Below are positions 30,122 to 40,631 of a stretch of DNA of 64,000 nucleotides, piece by piece (within the stretch, counting starts at the first letter, position 1; each line of letters starts with the position of its first letter). The position numbers were made by a program, and so were the translations under genes. The notes under the pieces are model-generated. The model did not search any database and was not told the DNA's origin. It worked only from the letters and a program-made list of their open reading frames with translations. This DNA is from a candidate division FCPU426 bacterium (GTDB lineage Bacteria; Oederibacteriota; Muellerivitia; Muellerivitales; Muellerivitaceae), in the NCBI GenBank assembly GCA_963719085.1, contig CAVRAL010000004.1, positions 896,001 through 960,000 of the forward strand, given 5' to 3'.

Positions 30122-30604
30122 TTAGATGTTCCATTCCTTGAATAAATAAACCAAATAAACCGTTCCGGCGATGACCACCACTAAGTTAAAAAGGCTGGAG
30201 ATAATATGGGCTTTGCCGAATTGCCGGGTGAGCGCGTCCACTTGGACCGGATCCTTGGCCTGTTCGGCGGCTTCCCGTTGGACGCGGAGCTCGCCGACCT
30301 TGGGGCCGATCCAAAGGCCTTGGCCCAGTGAAAAAAGAAGCATCAAACAAAGGGCGGTGATTTTGACGCAATCCTGGGGAACATAATTTTTCAGAGGATG
30401 CAGCAGGTGGTAGCTCACCACTAAAAGGGTTCCACAGACATAGCTGATGAGGTAATAAGCCGGGAATAGCTTGCTTTGGACCAGGCCGAAAAGTTCCCGG
30501 GGCAGGGTTTTAAAAAGCAGCGGCGCCTGGATGAAGGTGAAATAAAGCAAAGCGCCGTACCAAAAAACAAAAGCGAAAAAATGGATAAATCGAAGCGCCG
30601 GCAT
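30122..30604 (-). CDS. DUF4149 / TMEM205-like membrane protein
   Basis: APLLFKTLPRELFGLVQSKLFPAY and FGKAHIISSLFNL. Confidence 0.85.
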   Translation of the reverse strand: MPALRFIHFFAFVFWYGALLYFTFIQAPLLFKTLPRELFGLVQSKLFPAYYLISYVCGTLLVVSYHLLHPLKNYVPQDCVKITALCLMLLFSLGQGLWIGPKVGELRVQREAAEQAKDPVQVDALTRQFGKAHIISSLFNLVVVIAGTVYLVYLFKEWNI

Positions 30605-30668
30605 GGGAATCCTTTCAAACTCGGGATGGGGCCATTCTAGGCAAGGGCGAAGAAAATTATCAACGGCA

Positions 30669-30985
30669 GGCTTAGCCGGGGATGGGGGCCTGGAGAACGG
30701 GCGACCGGCTCATCCGGCTTCCGGCGATTCTTCCCGTAAGAAGCCGGGAAGCATCACCGGAAAGGCATGCCGGATTTCGCTAGGGGCGAATGGCACTGGG
30801 TCTTGTTGCGGTGCATTTAGTCTGGGATTGAGGTTGGGAGAAGATGCGACCGGCTCTCCGGCTTCCGGCGATTCTTACCGTAAGAAGCCGGGAAGCATCA
30901 CCGGAAAAGCATGCCGGATTTCGCTAGGGGCAAATGGCGCTGGGCTTAGCCGGGGATGGGGGCCTGGAGAACGGGCGACCGGCTC
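30669..30985. repeat. Tandem repeat of ~130-145 bp (about 2.3 copies) with internal hairpins
   Basis: 30701-30800 nearly identical to 30846-30944; 30669-30711 identical to 30943-30985. Confidence 0.85.
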
Positions 30986-31004
30986 CCTATAATGCCCCTA
31001 GCCC

Positions 31005-31361
31005 ATGACCCCAGCTCCTTTCAAAGTCCAAATTCGTTTCCCCAAGACCGGACAGGCCTGCGAGGTCGACCGGGATGACACCTTGGTTGACGCCACCTTC
31101 CGTTATGATTTGCCGATCCGCTATCGCTGTGAAAGGGCGGTTTGCACGACTTGTCTGGTGGAGGTGCTGAAGGGCGCCGGACATCTTTCGCCCCCGGGTA
31201 ACCGTGAAAAACAAACCTTGGATTCCGCCGGACTCTCGGGCGCCTATCGCCTGGCCTGCCAGGTTTCGGTTTTAGGCGATGTGGACTTGGATTATGTGCC
31301 GATCATTGATCCGCGCCGAAAACCAAAACAAGCGGAAACCCAAGACGATCTTTTGATTTAA
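31005..31361 (+). CDS. 2Fe-2S ferredoxin
   Basis: CERAVCTTC...RLACQ. Confidence 0.9.
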   Translation: MTPAPFKVQIRFPKTGQACEVDRDDTLVDATFRYDLPIRYRCERAVCTTCLVEVLKGAGHLSPPGNREKQTLDSAGLSGAYRLACQVSVLGDVDLDYVPIIDPRRKPKQAETQDDLLI

Positions 31362-31386
31362 AAATAACATCGAAGCTTAGGCAATT

Positions 31387-31498
31387 AACAATGATGGACG
31401 CAGATGCACGCAGATTTTAATGCAGAAAAGATAAAAGGTTTCATCGGTGCTTATCCGCGTTCGCATCGCTTCTCCATATAGTAGTTAGGGGAGAGCGA
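31387..31498. repeat. Family B hairpin abutting an inverted family C hairpin
   Basis: AACAATGATGGACGCAGATGCACGCAGAT left arm; TCGCTTCTCC-ATATAGTAGTTA-GGGGAGAGCGA at 31466-31498. Confidence 0.65.
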
Positions 31499-31544
31499 CA
31501 TTATCCCGGGGCATCAAAATGAAATTAGATGCGAAGGAATTCTC

Positions 31545-32249
31545 ATGGCGCCGTTGGTGGAAATTCAAAATTTATCCAAAAGCTACGGCGCTGAAACCGG
31601 GGCCGTGAGGGTCCTTCAAAAGGTGGCCTTTAAGATCCAGCCCGGCGAATTTGTGGCGCTGATAGGTCCCTCGGGATGCGGCAAAAGCACCCTGCTCAAT
31701 TTGGTGGGCGGCTTGGAAGCGCCCAGCGAGGGGCAAATCCTTTTCGAGGGCCGGCCTTTGGCGGGGCTTTCGGACCTTGAGTTAAGCCTGCTTCGCCGCG
31801 CGTCTCTGGGATTTATTTTTCAGTTCTTCAATTTGCTCCCTACTTTTAACGCCCTTGAAAATATCGAATTGCCGCTTCTTTTAGCGGGAGAGCCCCGGAA
31901 AAAAACCAGGATTCGCGCTGAGGAACTATTGGAAAAGGTGGGGCTGGCCGCGCGGGCCAAACACCGTCCCGCCCAACTATCCGGCGGGGAACAGCAACGG
32001 GTGGCCGTGGCGCGGGCCTTGATCCACCGGCCCAAACTTCTTTTGGCCGACGAACCCACCGGCAATCTTGACAGTGTGAACGGCCAGTTGGTTCTTCAAT
32101 TGATCCAAAAGGTGGCTCAGGCGGAAAACTGCGCGGTCTTGATGGCCACCCACAGCCGGGAAGCGGCGGATCAGGGCGATACCTTGATCCTTCTTAAAGA
32201 CGGTCAAGTGACGGGCCTTTATCCCCGCCAGAAAAACGCGCATGCCTAA
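31545..32249 (+). CDS. ABC transporter ATP-binding protein (LolD/MacB-like)
   Basis: [18 protein letters not shown] and [11 protein letters not shown]. Confidence 0.95.
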   Translation: MAPLVEIQNLSKSYGAETGAVRVLQKVAFKIQPGEFVALIGPSGCGKSTLLNLVGGLEAPSEGQILFEGRPLAGLSDLELSLLRRASLGFIFQFFNLLPTFNALENIELPLLLAGEPRKKTRIRAEELLEKVGLAARAKHRPAQLSGGEQQRVAVARALIHRPKLLLADEPTGNLDSVNGQLVLQLIQKVAQAENCAVLMATHSREAADQGDTLILLKDGQVTGLYPRQKNAHA

Positions 32250-34818
32250 CGGGCTTCATTTACGGCTGACCTTCCGGCATTTTCAGCAGGATCCCTTCCG
32301 AACCCTGGCCACGCTTTTGGGCGTGTCGCTCGGCATCGCATTGGTGGTGGCCATCCGGCTTTCCAGTGAGGCGGCCCTTTCGTCCTTTGAGAATTCGGTG
32401 GATCTTTTGGCGGGCCGCTCCGACTTAAGCCTGACCCAAAACGGGGAGCCTTTTTCCGAGGATCTTTTGCGTGAGCTGGGTCCGACCCGGGACCAGGGTC
32501 TGATGATTCCTTTGATTAAGGACAAGATGGCCCCGGCGTCCACTCCCCAAGACCTGCTGACAGTTTTGGGCATCGACCTTATCAAAGACGGGTTGGTGCG
32601 GGACTATCAACTGTTAGGCCCCGGTCAAAAGCCCCTTCAATGGCGGGACCTGCTTCAATTGCTTCCTGAGCCCGACGCGGTTTTTCTTACCCAAAAATAC
32701 GCCGACCGACATGGGATCAAGGCCGGTGACTCCGTGGATTTTCTCGTTGAGGACCAATGGCAGCGCCTCAAGGTCGAGGGCTTGCTGGCCGATCAGGGCG
32801 CGGGCCGCGCGCTGGACGGGTCCTTGGCGATCATGGATATCGCGGCGGCCCAAAAGGTTTTTGGAAAAGTCGGCCAGTTGGACGAAATCCAGTGGGTCTC
32901 CCATTCCGCCGCCGACCGCGACGAGTTGGAAGCCGCGCTTCAAAAACAACTTCCGCCTTCTTTTAAAATTGAACGGCCCAGCCAGCGCAACGGCCAGATT
33001 GAAAAGATGCTCCGGGCTTTCAAAGCCAATCTGTTGGCGCTGGCTTTGGTGTCGCTTTTGGTGGGGGCCTTCCTGGTCTACAACTCCATGTCCATCGCGG
33101 TGCTTCGGCGGCTGCAGGAAATCAGCGCCTTGCGGACCTTGGGATTTACCCAGGGACAGGTTTTAAAACTCGTTTTGCTGGAAGCCTTCAGTTTGAGTTT
33201 GGCCGGCGCTTGCGCCGGAATCCTTCTGGGACGGGCGATGGCCCAGCAAGCCCTGGCGCTGGTGGGCGGCACCATGAGCAATCTTTACCTTTATTCACCC
33301 CTGGAAAACCGCATCCCCTTGGCCACGGACACTTGGATTTGGGTTTTGGCGGGCGTCGCGGTGATTACCCTGGCCAGCCTTCCCCCGGCGATTTTAGCCT
33401 CGAAGATTCCACCCTCGCTTTCCACCCGCAAAGGTTATTTGGAGGGCGCCTTTCATCCATTCTCCAACCGGCTGGCCTTTTTTGGCGCAACGGCTTGGCT
33501 TTTAGCGGCGTTTTTAACCCGGATCTCCGCTTGGAATGGGTTGCCGGTGGGGGGCTACGCGGCGGCATTTGGATTACTGGTGGGCGCGGCCTTGTTCACC
33601 CCTTTATTTTTAAGGGTCTTTTGCGCCTTGGGCGAAAGACTCGCCGGAAGCTTTATTCCGGTGGAAGGCTGGCTGGCCCTGCGCAATTTAATCTCCGGGC
33701 TCGGCCGATCCAGTGTGGCCGTGGCGGCCTTGGTGATGGGGGTCGCGCTCATGGTGAGCGTGGCGGTGATGGTGGGAAGTTTCCGCTCGACCGTCATTTT
33801 GTGGCTCGACCAGACACTGAAGGCCGATATCTACCTCCGGCCCGCGTCCGACCAGGCGGGGAAGCTGGAGTCTTTTTTGAGCCCGGAAACCATCCAGTCC
33901 GTGGCCGCGTCCGGCGGGGTTTTGGCGGTGGAGCGGCTGCGCGGGATTCCTTACCAGTGGAAGGGAAAAGAACTTTATCTGGCGGCCTTTGACCTCGAGG
34001 CGCTTCAAAAATACGGCAACCTGGTTTTCAAGACCAAGGGCCGGGCGCAAGATTTCCTTTCTCAAATCCAAAAGACGCCCGGCGTGATCATCTCCGAGCC
34101 GCTTCAATTAAAAGACGGCCTGAACGCGGGAGACTTCTTTCTCCTTCAAACGCCTTCGGGACCGGTCAGCCTGCCCATCGCGGCGGTCTATTACGATTAT
34201 TCCAACGACCGCGGAACGGTGATTTTGGACCGCGCGCTTTTCGCCCGGCTTTTTCACGACGATCATGTGAACGGCTTGGCGGTTTACCTGCGGCCGGGGA
34301 TTGACGCGGAAGCCGCGCGGGGACTGATTCTCAAAAACCTGCCCAAGGGCGCGCAGGTTTTCGCCCGCTCGAACGCGAATTTGAAAAAAGAAGTGCTCCG
34401 AGTTTTCGACCAAACCTTCGCTATTACCTATGCCATGGAAGCGATCGCGGTTTTGGTGGCGGTTCTCGGCATCTTGACCACCTTGACCGCGCTGATATTG
34501 GAACGCAGTCAGGAGATCGCCATCCTGCGGTATGTGGGCGCCGCGCGCGGCCAAGTGCGCCGGACCCTTTTATGGGAAGCGGGTTGGATGGGGCTGGTGG
34601 GCATTGGTTTGGGGCTGGGGGTGGGCCTGCTCCTGGCGCTGCTTTTGATCGACGTCATCAATGTGCAGTCGTTCGGGTGGACGATCCAATGGCGCGCGCC
34701 TTGGGGCTTTTTATGGAAGGCCTTGGCGTTGGTTTGGGCGGCCACGCTTTTGGCGGGGGTTTATCCGGCCTGGCTGGCGTCCCGCCTTCCTACCTTAAAG
34801 GAGGTAAATCCCGAATGA
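32242..34818 (+). CDS. FtsX/MacB-like ABC permease (duplicated)
   Basis: Two FtsX-type halves (RRLQEISALRTLG and ERSQEIAILRYVG). Confidence 0.9.
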   Translation: MPNGLHLRLTFRHFQQDPFRTLATLLGVSLGIALVVAIRLSSEAALSSFENSVDLLAGRSDLSLTQNGEPFSEDLLRELGPTRDQGLMIPLIKDKMAPASTPQDLLTVLGIDLIKDGLVRDYQLLGPGQKPLQWRDLLQLLPEPDAVFLTQKYADRHGIKAGDSVDFLVEDQWQRLKVEGLLADQGAGRALDGSLAIMDIAAAQKVFGKVGQLDEIQWVSHSAADRDELEAALQKQLPPSFKIERPSQRNGQIEKMLRAFKANLLALALVSLLVGAFLVYNSMSIAVLRRLQEISALRTLGFTQGQVLKLVLLEAFSLSLAGACAGILLGRAMAQQALALVGGTMSNLYLYSPLENRIPLATDTWIWVLAGVAVITLASLPPAILASKIPPSLSTRKGYLEGAFHPFSNRLAFFGATAWLLAAFLTRISAWNGLPVGGYAAAFGLLVGAALFTPLFLRVFCALGERLAGSFIPVEGWLALRNLISGLGRSSVAVAALVMGVALMVSVAVMVGSFRSTVILWLDQTLKADIYLRPASDQAGKLESFLSPETIQSVAASGGVLAVERLRGIPYQWKGKELYLAAFDLEALQKYGNLVFKTKGRAQDFLSQIQKTPGVIISEPLQLKDGLNAGDFFLLQTPSGPVSLPIAAVYYDYSNDRGTVILDRALFARLFHDDHVNGLAVYLRPGIDAEAARGLILKNLPKGAQVFARSNANLKKEVLRVFDQTFAITYAMEAIAVLVAVLGILTTLTALILERSQEIAILRYVGAARGQVRRTLLWEAGWMGLVGIGLGLGVGLLLALLLIDVINVQSFGWTIQWRAPWGFLWKALALVWAATLLAGVYPAWLASRLPTLKEVNPE

Positions 34819-35894
34819 AAAGCTTCGCTTTCTTTTTCCTATTTCTTTTGGGATTCGGACCTCTTTGGGCCGGGGATGGGTTTATTCCCGCCAAGCCCGG
34901 TTACGCCTGGAAATTTCCCTATGACCACGGCAACCATCCTTCCTACCGAACCGAATGGTGGTACTACACTGGCCATTTAACGACGGCCGGCGGAAAACGG
35001 TATGGGTTTGAACTGACCTTTTTCCGGCAAGGCCTGACCCGGCAAGTGGACAATCCTTCTACCTTCACGGCCCGGGATCTTTATTTCGCCCATTTCGCCC
35101 TGAGTGATTTGGGCGCTAAAAAATTCTGGTTCGCCGAAAAGATAAACCGGCCCGGCCCCGGCCTCGCGGGCGCCAAGAGCGGCGGCGTGGATGTTTGGAA
35201 CGAGGATTGGCGGGCTTTTCATGAGGCCCCCGGCCATCATTTAATCGCCCAAGACGGCGGCCATTCAATTGACTTGAAGCTGGCGTCGCCCTTCGCGCCA
35301 ACGCTGGAAGGAAAAGGCGGATATAGCGTGAAGGGTGGAGCCCAGGCCTCGCTTTATTATTCTTTTCCCCTCATGACCGTGACGGGGAATTTAGGAATCA
35401 ATGGAAAGACCCAGCCCGTGACCGGCCAAGCCTGGATGGACCATGAATTTTTCAGCGGCGGCCTTTCGCCCGGGGAAACGGGTTGGGATTGGTTTGGATT
35501 GCAATTTTCCGACGGCACTGAACTGATGCTTTACCGCCTGAGACTGGCCCCGGGCGGAATAAGTCCGGCTTCCAGTGGAAACTTTATTGACCGGACGGGA
35601 AAAGCGCTTCACCTTCAAGGACCGGATTTTAGGGCGCAGGCTTTGGAAAGCTGGAAAAGCCCCCGCACGGGTGTGGTCTATCCCACAAGGTGGCTGATCC
35701 AGATTCCCAAACTTGAACTTTCGTTTGAGGTGGGAGCCGATTTTCCCGACCAGGAATTGGATACCTCTGCCAGCACCCAGGTACTTTACTGGGAAGGTTC
35801 GGTGAGTTTGGCGGGCCAACGGGGATTCAAGAAGCTGAAGGGCGAAGGCTATATGGAACTCACCGGGTATGACCGTCATTCCTCAGGTTTTTAG
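34815..35894 (+). CDS. AttH/CrtC-like lipocalin-fold secreted protein
   Basis: FPYDHGNHPSYRTEWWYYTGHL, AWMDHEF, GWDWF, YWEG and GYMELTGY; ATGA overlap at 34815. Confidence 0.9.
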   Translation: MKSFAFFFLFLLGFGPLWAGDGFIPAKPGYAWKFPYDHGNHPSYRTEWWYYTGHLTTAGGKRYGFELTFFRQGLTRQVDNPSTFTARDLYFAHFALSDLGAKKFWFAEKINRPGPGLAGAKSGGVDVWNEDWRAFHEAPGHHLIAQDGGHSIDLKLASPFAPTLEGKGGYSVKGGAQASLYYSFPLMTVTGNLGINGKTQPVTGQAWMDHEFFSGGLSPGETGWDWFGLQFSDGTELMLYRLRLAPGGISPASSGNFIDRTGKALHLQGPDFRAQALESWKSPRTGVVYPTRWLIQIPKLELSFEVGADFPDQELDTSASTQVLYWEGSVSLAGQRGFKKLKGEGYMELTGYDRHSSGF

Positions 35895-36403
35895 CCGTTC
35901 AGGATCGGTAGTTGTTCCCGCAGGTGCAGGTATTCCTTCACGCCGGACAAAATCATCCTCACATCCTCGTCCGTGACTTGGCGGACAATCTTTCCCGGCA
36001 CGCCCACCACCAAAGACCGGGCCGGGATTTTTTTGCCCTCGGGCACCAGCGCGCCCGCGCCGATGATGCACTCATCCCCAATCTCCGCGCCTGTCAATAG
36101 GATCGAGCCGATACCGATTAGACAACGATTGCCGACTTTGCAGGCATGGACACAGGCTTGATGCCCCACCACACAGTCCTCGCCGATGATGGCTGGAAAA
36201 TTCGTGTCCGTATGAAAGACACAGCCGTCCTGGATATTGGTTCGGTTTCCCACTTGGATAAAATCCATGTCACCGCGCAACACCGCGCCGGGCCAAAGGC
36301 TCACGTCTTCCCCTAGGGTGACCCGGCCGATGACAACCGCCGTTTCGTGGATCCGGACATTCTTTCCGATTTGGGGTTTATGGTTTAGGTAAGGCTGAAT
36401 CAT
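35891..36403 (-). CDS. Gamma carbonic anhydrase family protein
   Basis: AVLRGDMDFIQVGNRTNIQDG hexapeptide repeats; conserved His residues. Confidence 0.92.
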   Translation of the reverse strand: MIQPYLNHKPQIGKNVRIHETAVVIGRVTLGEDVSLWPGAVLRGDMDFIQVGNRTNIQDGCVFHTDTNFPAIIGEDCVVGHQACVHACKVGNRCLIGIGSILLTGAEIGDECIIGAGALVPEGKKIPARSLVVGVPGKIVRQVTDEDVRMILSGVKEYLHLREQLPILNG

Positions 36404-36406
36404 GGG

Positions 36407-36859
36407 TTAGAGATTTTCTAAAACGTCGACAGCGTGCCCTTTGACCTTAACGGGGGACCAGATCTTCTTAATCTTCCCGTCGGGTCCAATCAGGAACGTC
36501 GACCGGACGATTCCCATAAATTCCCGGCCCATGAACTTTTTCTTTTTCCAAACGCCGTAGGCCTTCAGCATCTTCAAGCTTTCATCCGACAATAGCGGAA
36601 AAGGAAGTTTGTATTTTTCTTTGAAGCTGACGTGCCGTTTCACCGCGTCGGCGCTGACGCCCCAAACCAAAGCGCCTTTTTTTTGAACCGCGGACCAATT
36701 GTCCCGAAAGTCGCAGGCCTCTTGGGTGCAGCCCGGCGTCAAATCCTTGGGATAAAAATAAAGCACCAGGCTTTTACCCTTGGCGTCCTTCAGGGATACC
36801 TTTTGGCCTTGGTCATCGTCCAATTGAAAGTCGGGCGCTTTTTGGCCTTCTTTGAGCAT
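36407..36859 (-). CDS. bcp: Thioredoxin-dependent peroxiredoxin Bcp
   Basis: YFYPKDLTPGCTQEACDFRD. Start adjusted to MLKEG. Confidence 0.93.
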   Translation of the reverse strand: MLKEGQKAPDFQLDDDQGQKVSLKDAKGKSLVLYFYPKDLTPGCTQEACDFRDNWSAVQKKGALVWGVSADAVKRHVSFKEKYKLPFPLLSDESLKMLKAYGVWKKKKFMGREFMGIVRSTFLIGPDGKIKKIWSPVKVKGHAVDVLENL

Positions 36860-37228
36860 GGGAAACTCCTTGGATTTAAGTAGCGCCATCATGGGCAAGT
36901 CGTTTTATGAAGACAAGCCCTTTGCGGGGGCGGTTTTAGGGTTCTTTTTTAAGGGGAAATGGGCGTTAGGGCGAGTTAAAATCTGTGTAAAAATTGACAA
37001 TTTTTGGACAAAACTGACCCTTTTTAGCATGTCTATCACTTTGAAAGTTTAAGATTAAACCCTCATAAATCGTTAAAAATTAAGGTTTTATAGATGTTTT
37101 TAGTAACTTTTAGTTTGTTTTGGGAGGTACAAGGAGTATAGTTTTTGAAATCGAAAAAGTCGGTGCCATCCCGCTAATAGGGGTTATTGTTTAGGCCCAG
37201 TAGAGGGAGCAGAAAGAGAGTTTAGGAA

Positions 37229-37897
37229 ATGAATTTTTACTTCTCGCTTTATCAGCTCATCGAAACCGTGGAGCGCGTGAACCACGACATTCAACACTTA
37301 GCCGGCCGGGCCCTTCGCATCAGCCCCCGGGACGCCCGCGCCAACCGCGAACTGCTGGAGCAATGCGAAACGAAGCTCGGCGAGGTGAAGCACCTGCTCA
37401 ACAACAAGACCCACATCAGCAAGATCACCCTCCGCAAAGCGGCCTTGCTTTTCCAAATTTTGGAAGTCAGCTACCGCCGGGTGATGCACTTGGCTACCGC
37501 GACCTCCAGCGTGGGATTGGAAGACGATCATTCGGTCAAGGTGGTTTGGCAGCTCTTGGCGATGGCCCAACGCCATTACCAGACTTTGGTCAAGACCTTA
37601 AACGATATGACCGGCATTCCGAACACATTGGTTTTGCATCCGGAGGCGGAATCGTTGACTTTGGATTTCACCACCACGGTCAAAAAAGAATGGGCACTTC
37701 AGCAGGAAACTTTGAAGCAATTGGAACGGGCCATCGAGGTTTTCGGCGAGGAGCAAGAATTAGCCGATACCTTGTCCGGCATCCGGAAAGAATTGCTGGA
37801 AGCCAAGAAGCGCTTGAAGCAGTTCGCGCCCAACAGCGTGACCGTGGAAAAGCACGAAGCGCCCGTGGCGGTAGCCGCCCCCGCCTCGAAGAATTAA
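37229..37897 (+). CDS. Hypothetical alpha-helical protein
   Basis: ATG start after an AT-rich promoter-like region; coiled-coil-like composition; no recognisable motif. Confidence 0.7.
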   Translation: MNFYFSLYQLIETVERVNHDIQHLAGRALRISPRDARANRELLEQCETKLGEVKHLLNNKTHISKITLRKAALLFQILEVSYRRVMHLATATSSVGLEDDHSVKVVWQLLAMAQRHYQTLVKTLNDMTGIPNTLVLHPEAESLTLDFTTTVKKEWALQQETLKQLERAIEVFGEEQELADTLSGIRKELLEAKKRLKQFAPNSVTVEKHEAPVAVAAPASKN

Positions 37898-37974
37898 TCG
37901 GAAGTTTTTGATCCGATGAGTTTCCGCTTGAAAACTTTCTGTCCGTCGACGGGCTCTTTCCCGAAGGTTGGGGG

Positions 37975-39267
37975 ATGAGCCCCCGTCGTTCCAGACCCCC
38001 AGCCCTTTATACCAAAGCCCCTTTTCTCCAAAACGTTTTGGATGGAATGCCGGATTCGGTAAAGATCATCGACACCCGGTATCGGGTGGTCTACGCCAAT
38101 GACTTCGCCCAAAAAACACTCAAGCGTGATTTGAATGACCTGCGCGGACGGCCTTGCCACGAGTCCTTTTACGGTTTCGCCCAAAAATGTTTTTTTTGCT
38201 CCATGAAAAGCGTTTTTGAGGAAGGCGAATCCAAGGTTTCTTACTGCACCATGGGTGTCAACGGATCGGACCGGGAGTTTGAGGTTTCGGTTTTCCCTTT
38301 AAGAAGCGCCAATCAAAAAGTGGATTACGCGGTGGAAATCGTCAAGGACGTCACCTGTCTGGCCCGGGGAAGCGCCAGGACCCAGTTGGCCGGAAAAGTT
38401 TCCAGCCGGGACCGCGCCTTCAGCATGGTCTTCGAGCAAATGTCCCAATTGGCGGGGGACCAACGTCCGGTTTTAATCCAAGGGGAAAAGGGAACGGGAA
38501 AAAAATCCGTGGCCCGCGCCCTGCATCAACGCGGCGCCCGGGCCGAGGGGCCTTTCCGGGTTTTTCATTGCGCCGACCATCCCCAGGGGGATTACGGCGA
38601 GGCGCTCTTCGACGCCTGGCAAAAGGCCCAGGACGGCTCCCTCTATTTAGATGAGATCACGCTGTTAGGGCCGGACAGCCAGCGCTTGTTGGCCGACCGG
38701 TTATCGATGAATCCCGGCCCCTCGGATCCCCGGATTGTGGCGGCTACCCGGGAAGATCTTTTAAACCTGGTCCAAGAAGGAAAGATTCTCGGCGATCTTT
38801 ACAACCTGTTCGGCGCCCGGGTGATCCGGCTTCCCGCGCTCAGGAACCGCAAACAAGACCTGCCTTTTTTGGCCCATCATTTCATTGAGACCTATAAGGT
38901 TTTGACCGGGTCGCCGGCCGAAAAACTTTCCCCGGAAGCGGTTTGCCAGCTTATGACCTATACCTGGCCCGGCAATATCCGGGAGTTGGAAACCCAAATT
39001 GAGCGGGCCTGCCTTTTGGCCACCGGCGCCGACATCCAACAGCTGGACCTTCCCATTTGCGCGCCCACGGCCGAGCGCCTCGGCGACCTTTTAGAAATCA
39101 CCGAAAAAGCTTATCTGGTGGATGCCCTGGCCAAGGCCGAGGGTAATCTGTTGATGACCGCCCGCCAAGCCGGACTGGGCCTGAAGACTTTGCAGCGCAA
39201 AATGCGCAAGTACGGGTTGACCGGCAAAGATTTCCGCGGCCTTTCGGAAGGCCCGCCGTCCGCCTAA
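37975..39267 (+). CDS. PAS + sigma54-type AAA+ + Fis-HTH regulator lacking GAFTGA
   Basis: PAS N-terminus, GEKGTGK, LYLDEI, WPGNIRELE and C-terminal HTH. Confidence 0.85.
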   Translation: MSPRRSRPPALYTKAPFLQNVLDGMPDSVKIIDTRYRVVYANDFAQKTLKRDLNDLRGRPCHESFYGFAQKCFFCSMKSVFEEGESKVSYCTMGVNGSDREFEVSVFPLRSANQKVDYAVEIVKDVTCLARGSARTQLAGKVSSRDRAFSMVFEQMSQLAGDQRPVLIQGEKGTGKKSVARALHQRGARAEGPFRVFHCADHPQGDYGEALFDAWQKAQDGSLYLDEITLLGPDSQRLLADRLSMNPGPSDPRIVAATREDLLNLVQEGKILGDLYNLFGARVIRLPALRNRKQDLPFLAHHFIETYKVLTGSPAEKLSPEAVCQLMTYTWPGNIRELETQIERACLLATGADIQQLDLPICAPTAERLGDLLEITEKAYLVDALAKAEGNLLMTARQAGLGLKTLQRKMRKYGLTGKDFRGLSEGPPSA

Positions 39268-39371
39268 CCCGCTTTTTAAAAATCAAAGCGCCGCCCAGCC
39301 ACTGGCGAATGGCCTTGAGCTTCTGTTAAACTGCCCGCGATTTTCTTGTCATCCCATCCAAGGAGCCTCCC

Positions 39372-40631
39372 ATGGCTTACGCTTACCAATCGGTGAAAGC
39401 GCCCCAAGGCGAAAAAATCCGTATCGAAAATGGAGTTCTGAAAGTGCCGGACCATCCCGTCATACCCTTTATCGAGGGTGACGGAACGGGGCCCGATATT
39501 TGGCGCGCCTCGGTGCGGGTTTTTGACGCCGCCGTCGAGAAGGCCTACCAGGGAAAGAAAAAAATATCCTGGTTCGAGGTTTACGCGGGGCAGACCGCTT
39601 TTGATAAATTCCAGAATTGGCTGCCGGACGACACGGTGGAAGCGTTTAAGGAATATTTGGTGGGCATCAAGGGCCCGTTGACGACGCCTGTGGGTAAGGG
39701 TATCCGGTCGCTGAACGTGGCATTGCGCCAGATGCTGGACCTTTACGTATGCCTCCGGCCCGTCCGTTATTTCAACGGCGTGCCCTCGCCGGTCAAGCAT
39801 CCGGAGAAGGTCGACATGGTGATCTTCCGGGAAAACACCGAGGACATCTACGCCGGGATTGAATGGGCCGCCGATTCGCCTGAGGCGAAAAAAGTCATTG
39901 AGTGGCTTCAAAAAGAGATGGGCGTGAAAAAAATCCGGTTCCCCCAAACCTCCGGGATCGGCATCAAGCCCGTGTCCCAGGAAGGCACGGAGCGGCTGGT
40001 GCGTTCGGCCATCGAGTACGCCATCAAACACAAGCGCAAAAGCCTGACCTTGGTGCATAAGGGCAATATCATGAAATTCACCGAAGGCGCTTTCCGGGAT
40101 TGGGGCTACGCCCTGGCCAAAAAAGAATTCGGCGCGGTCGAGGTGGACGGCGGGCCTTGGTGCAAAATCGCCCCCGGGAAACCCGGCGCGGGCATCGTGA
40201 TTAAAGACGCGATCGCCGACATCACCCTTCAGCAAGTTTTGACCCGGCCGGAGGATTTTGACGTGATCGCCACGCTGAACCTGAACGGCGATTATCTTTC
40301 CGACGCGCTGGCGGCCCAGGTGGGCGGCATCGGCATCGCGCCCGGAGGCAATATCAATTATCTCACCGGCCACGCCATTTTTGAGGCCACCCATGGCACG
40401 GCTCCCAAATACGCCAACCAGGATAAGGTCAACCCCGGCTCGGTGGTGCTCTCGGGCGTCATGATGTTGGAACATCTGGGCTGGCAGGAAGCGGCGGATA
40501 TGATCGGCAAAGCCTTGGAAAAAACCATCGATCAAAAGGTGGTCACTTACGACTTCGCCCGGCTCATGGAAGGGGCGAAGGAAGTGAAGTGTTCGGAATT
40601 CGCCACGGCGATGATCAGCAATATGGCTTAA
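39372..40631 (+). CDS. icd: NADP-dependent isocitrate dehydrogenase
   Basis: [29 protein letters not shown] and [10 protein letters not shown]. Confidence 0.97.
   Translation: MAYAYQSVKAPQGEKIRIENGVLKVPDHPVIPFIEGDGTGPDIWRASVRVFDAAVEKAYQGKKKISWFEVYAGQTAFDKFQNWLPDDTVEAFKEYLVGIKGPLTTPVGKGIRSLNVALRQMLDLYVCLRPVRYFNGVPSPVKHPEKVDMVIFRENTEDIYAGIEWAADSPEAKKVIEWLQKEMGVKKIRFPQTSGIGIKPVSQEGTERLVRSAIEYAIKHKRKSLTLVHKGNIMKFTEGAFRDWGYALAKKEFGAVEVDGGPWCKIAPGKPGAGIVIKDAIADITLQQVLTRPEDFDVIATLNLNGDYLSDALAAQVGGIGIAPGGNINYLTGHAIFEATHGTAPKYANQDKVNPGSVVLSGVMMLEHLGWQEAADMIGKALEKTIDQKVVTYDFARLMEGAKEVKCSEFATAMISNMA

Noticed and set aside
30603..30992. 129-aa ORF with an internal repeat
   Set aside because: Translation of the DNA tandem repeat; no RBS, and it overlaps the start of the divergent gene.
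31545..35894. ABC + AttH/CrtC trio as carotenoid biosynthesis
   Set aside because: Commonly conserved trio; no crt genes nearby.
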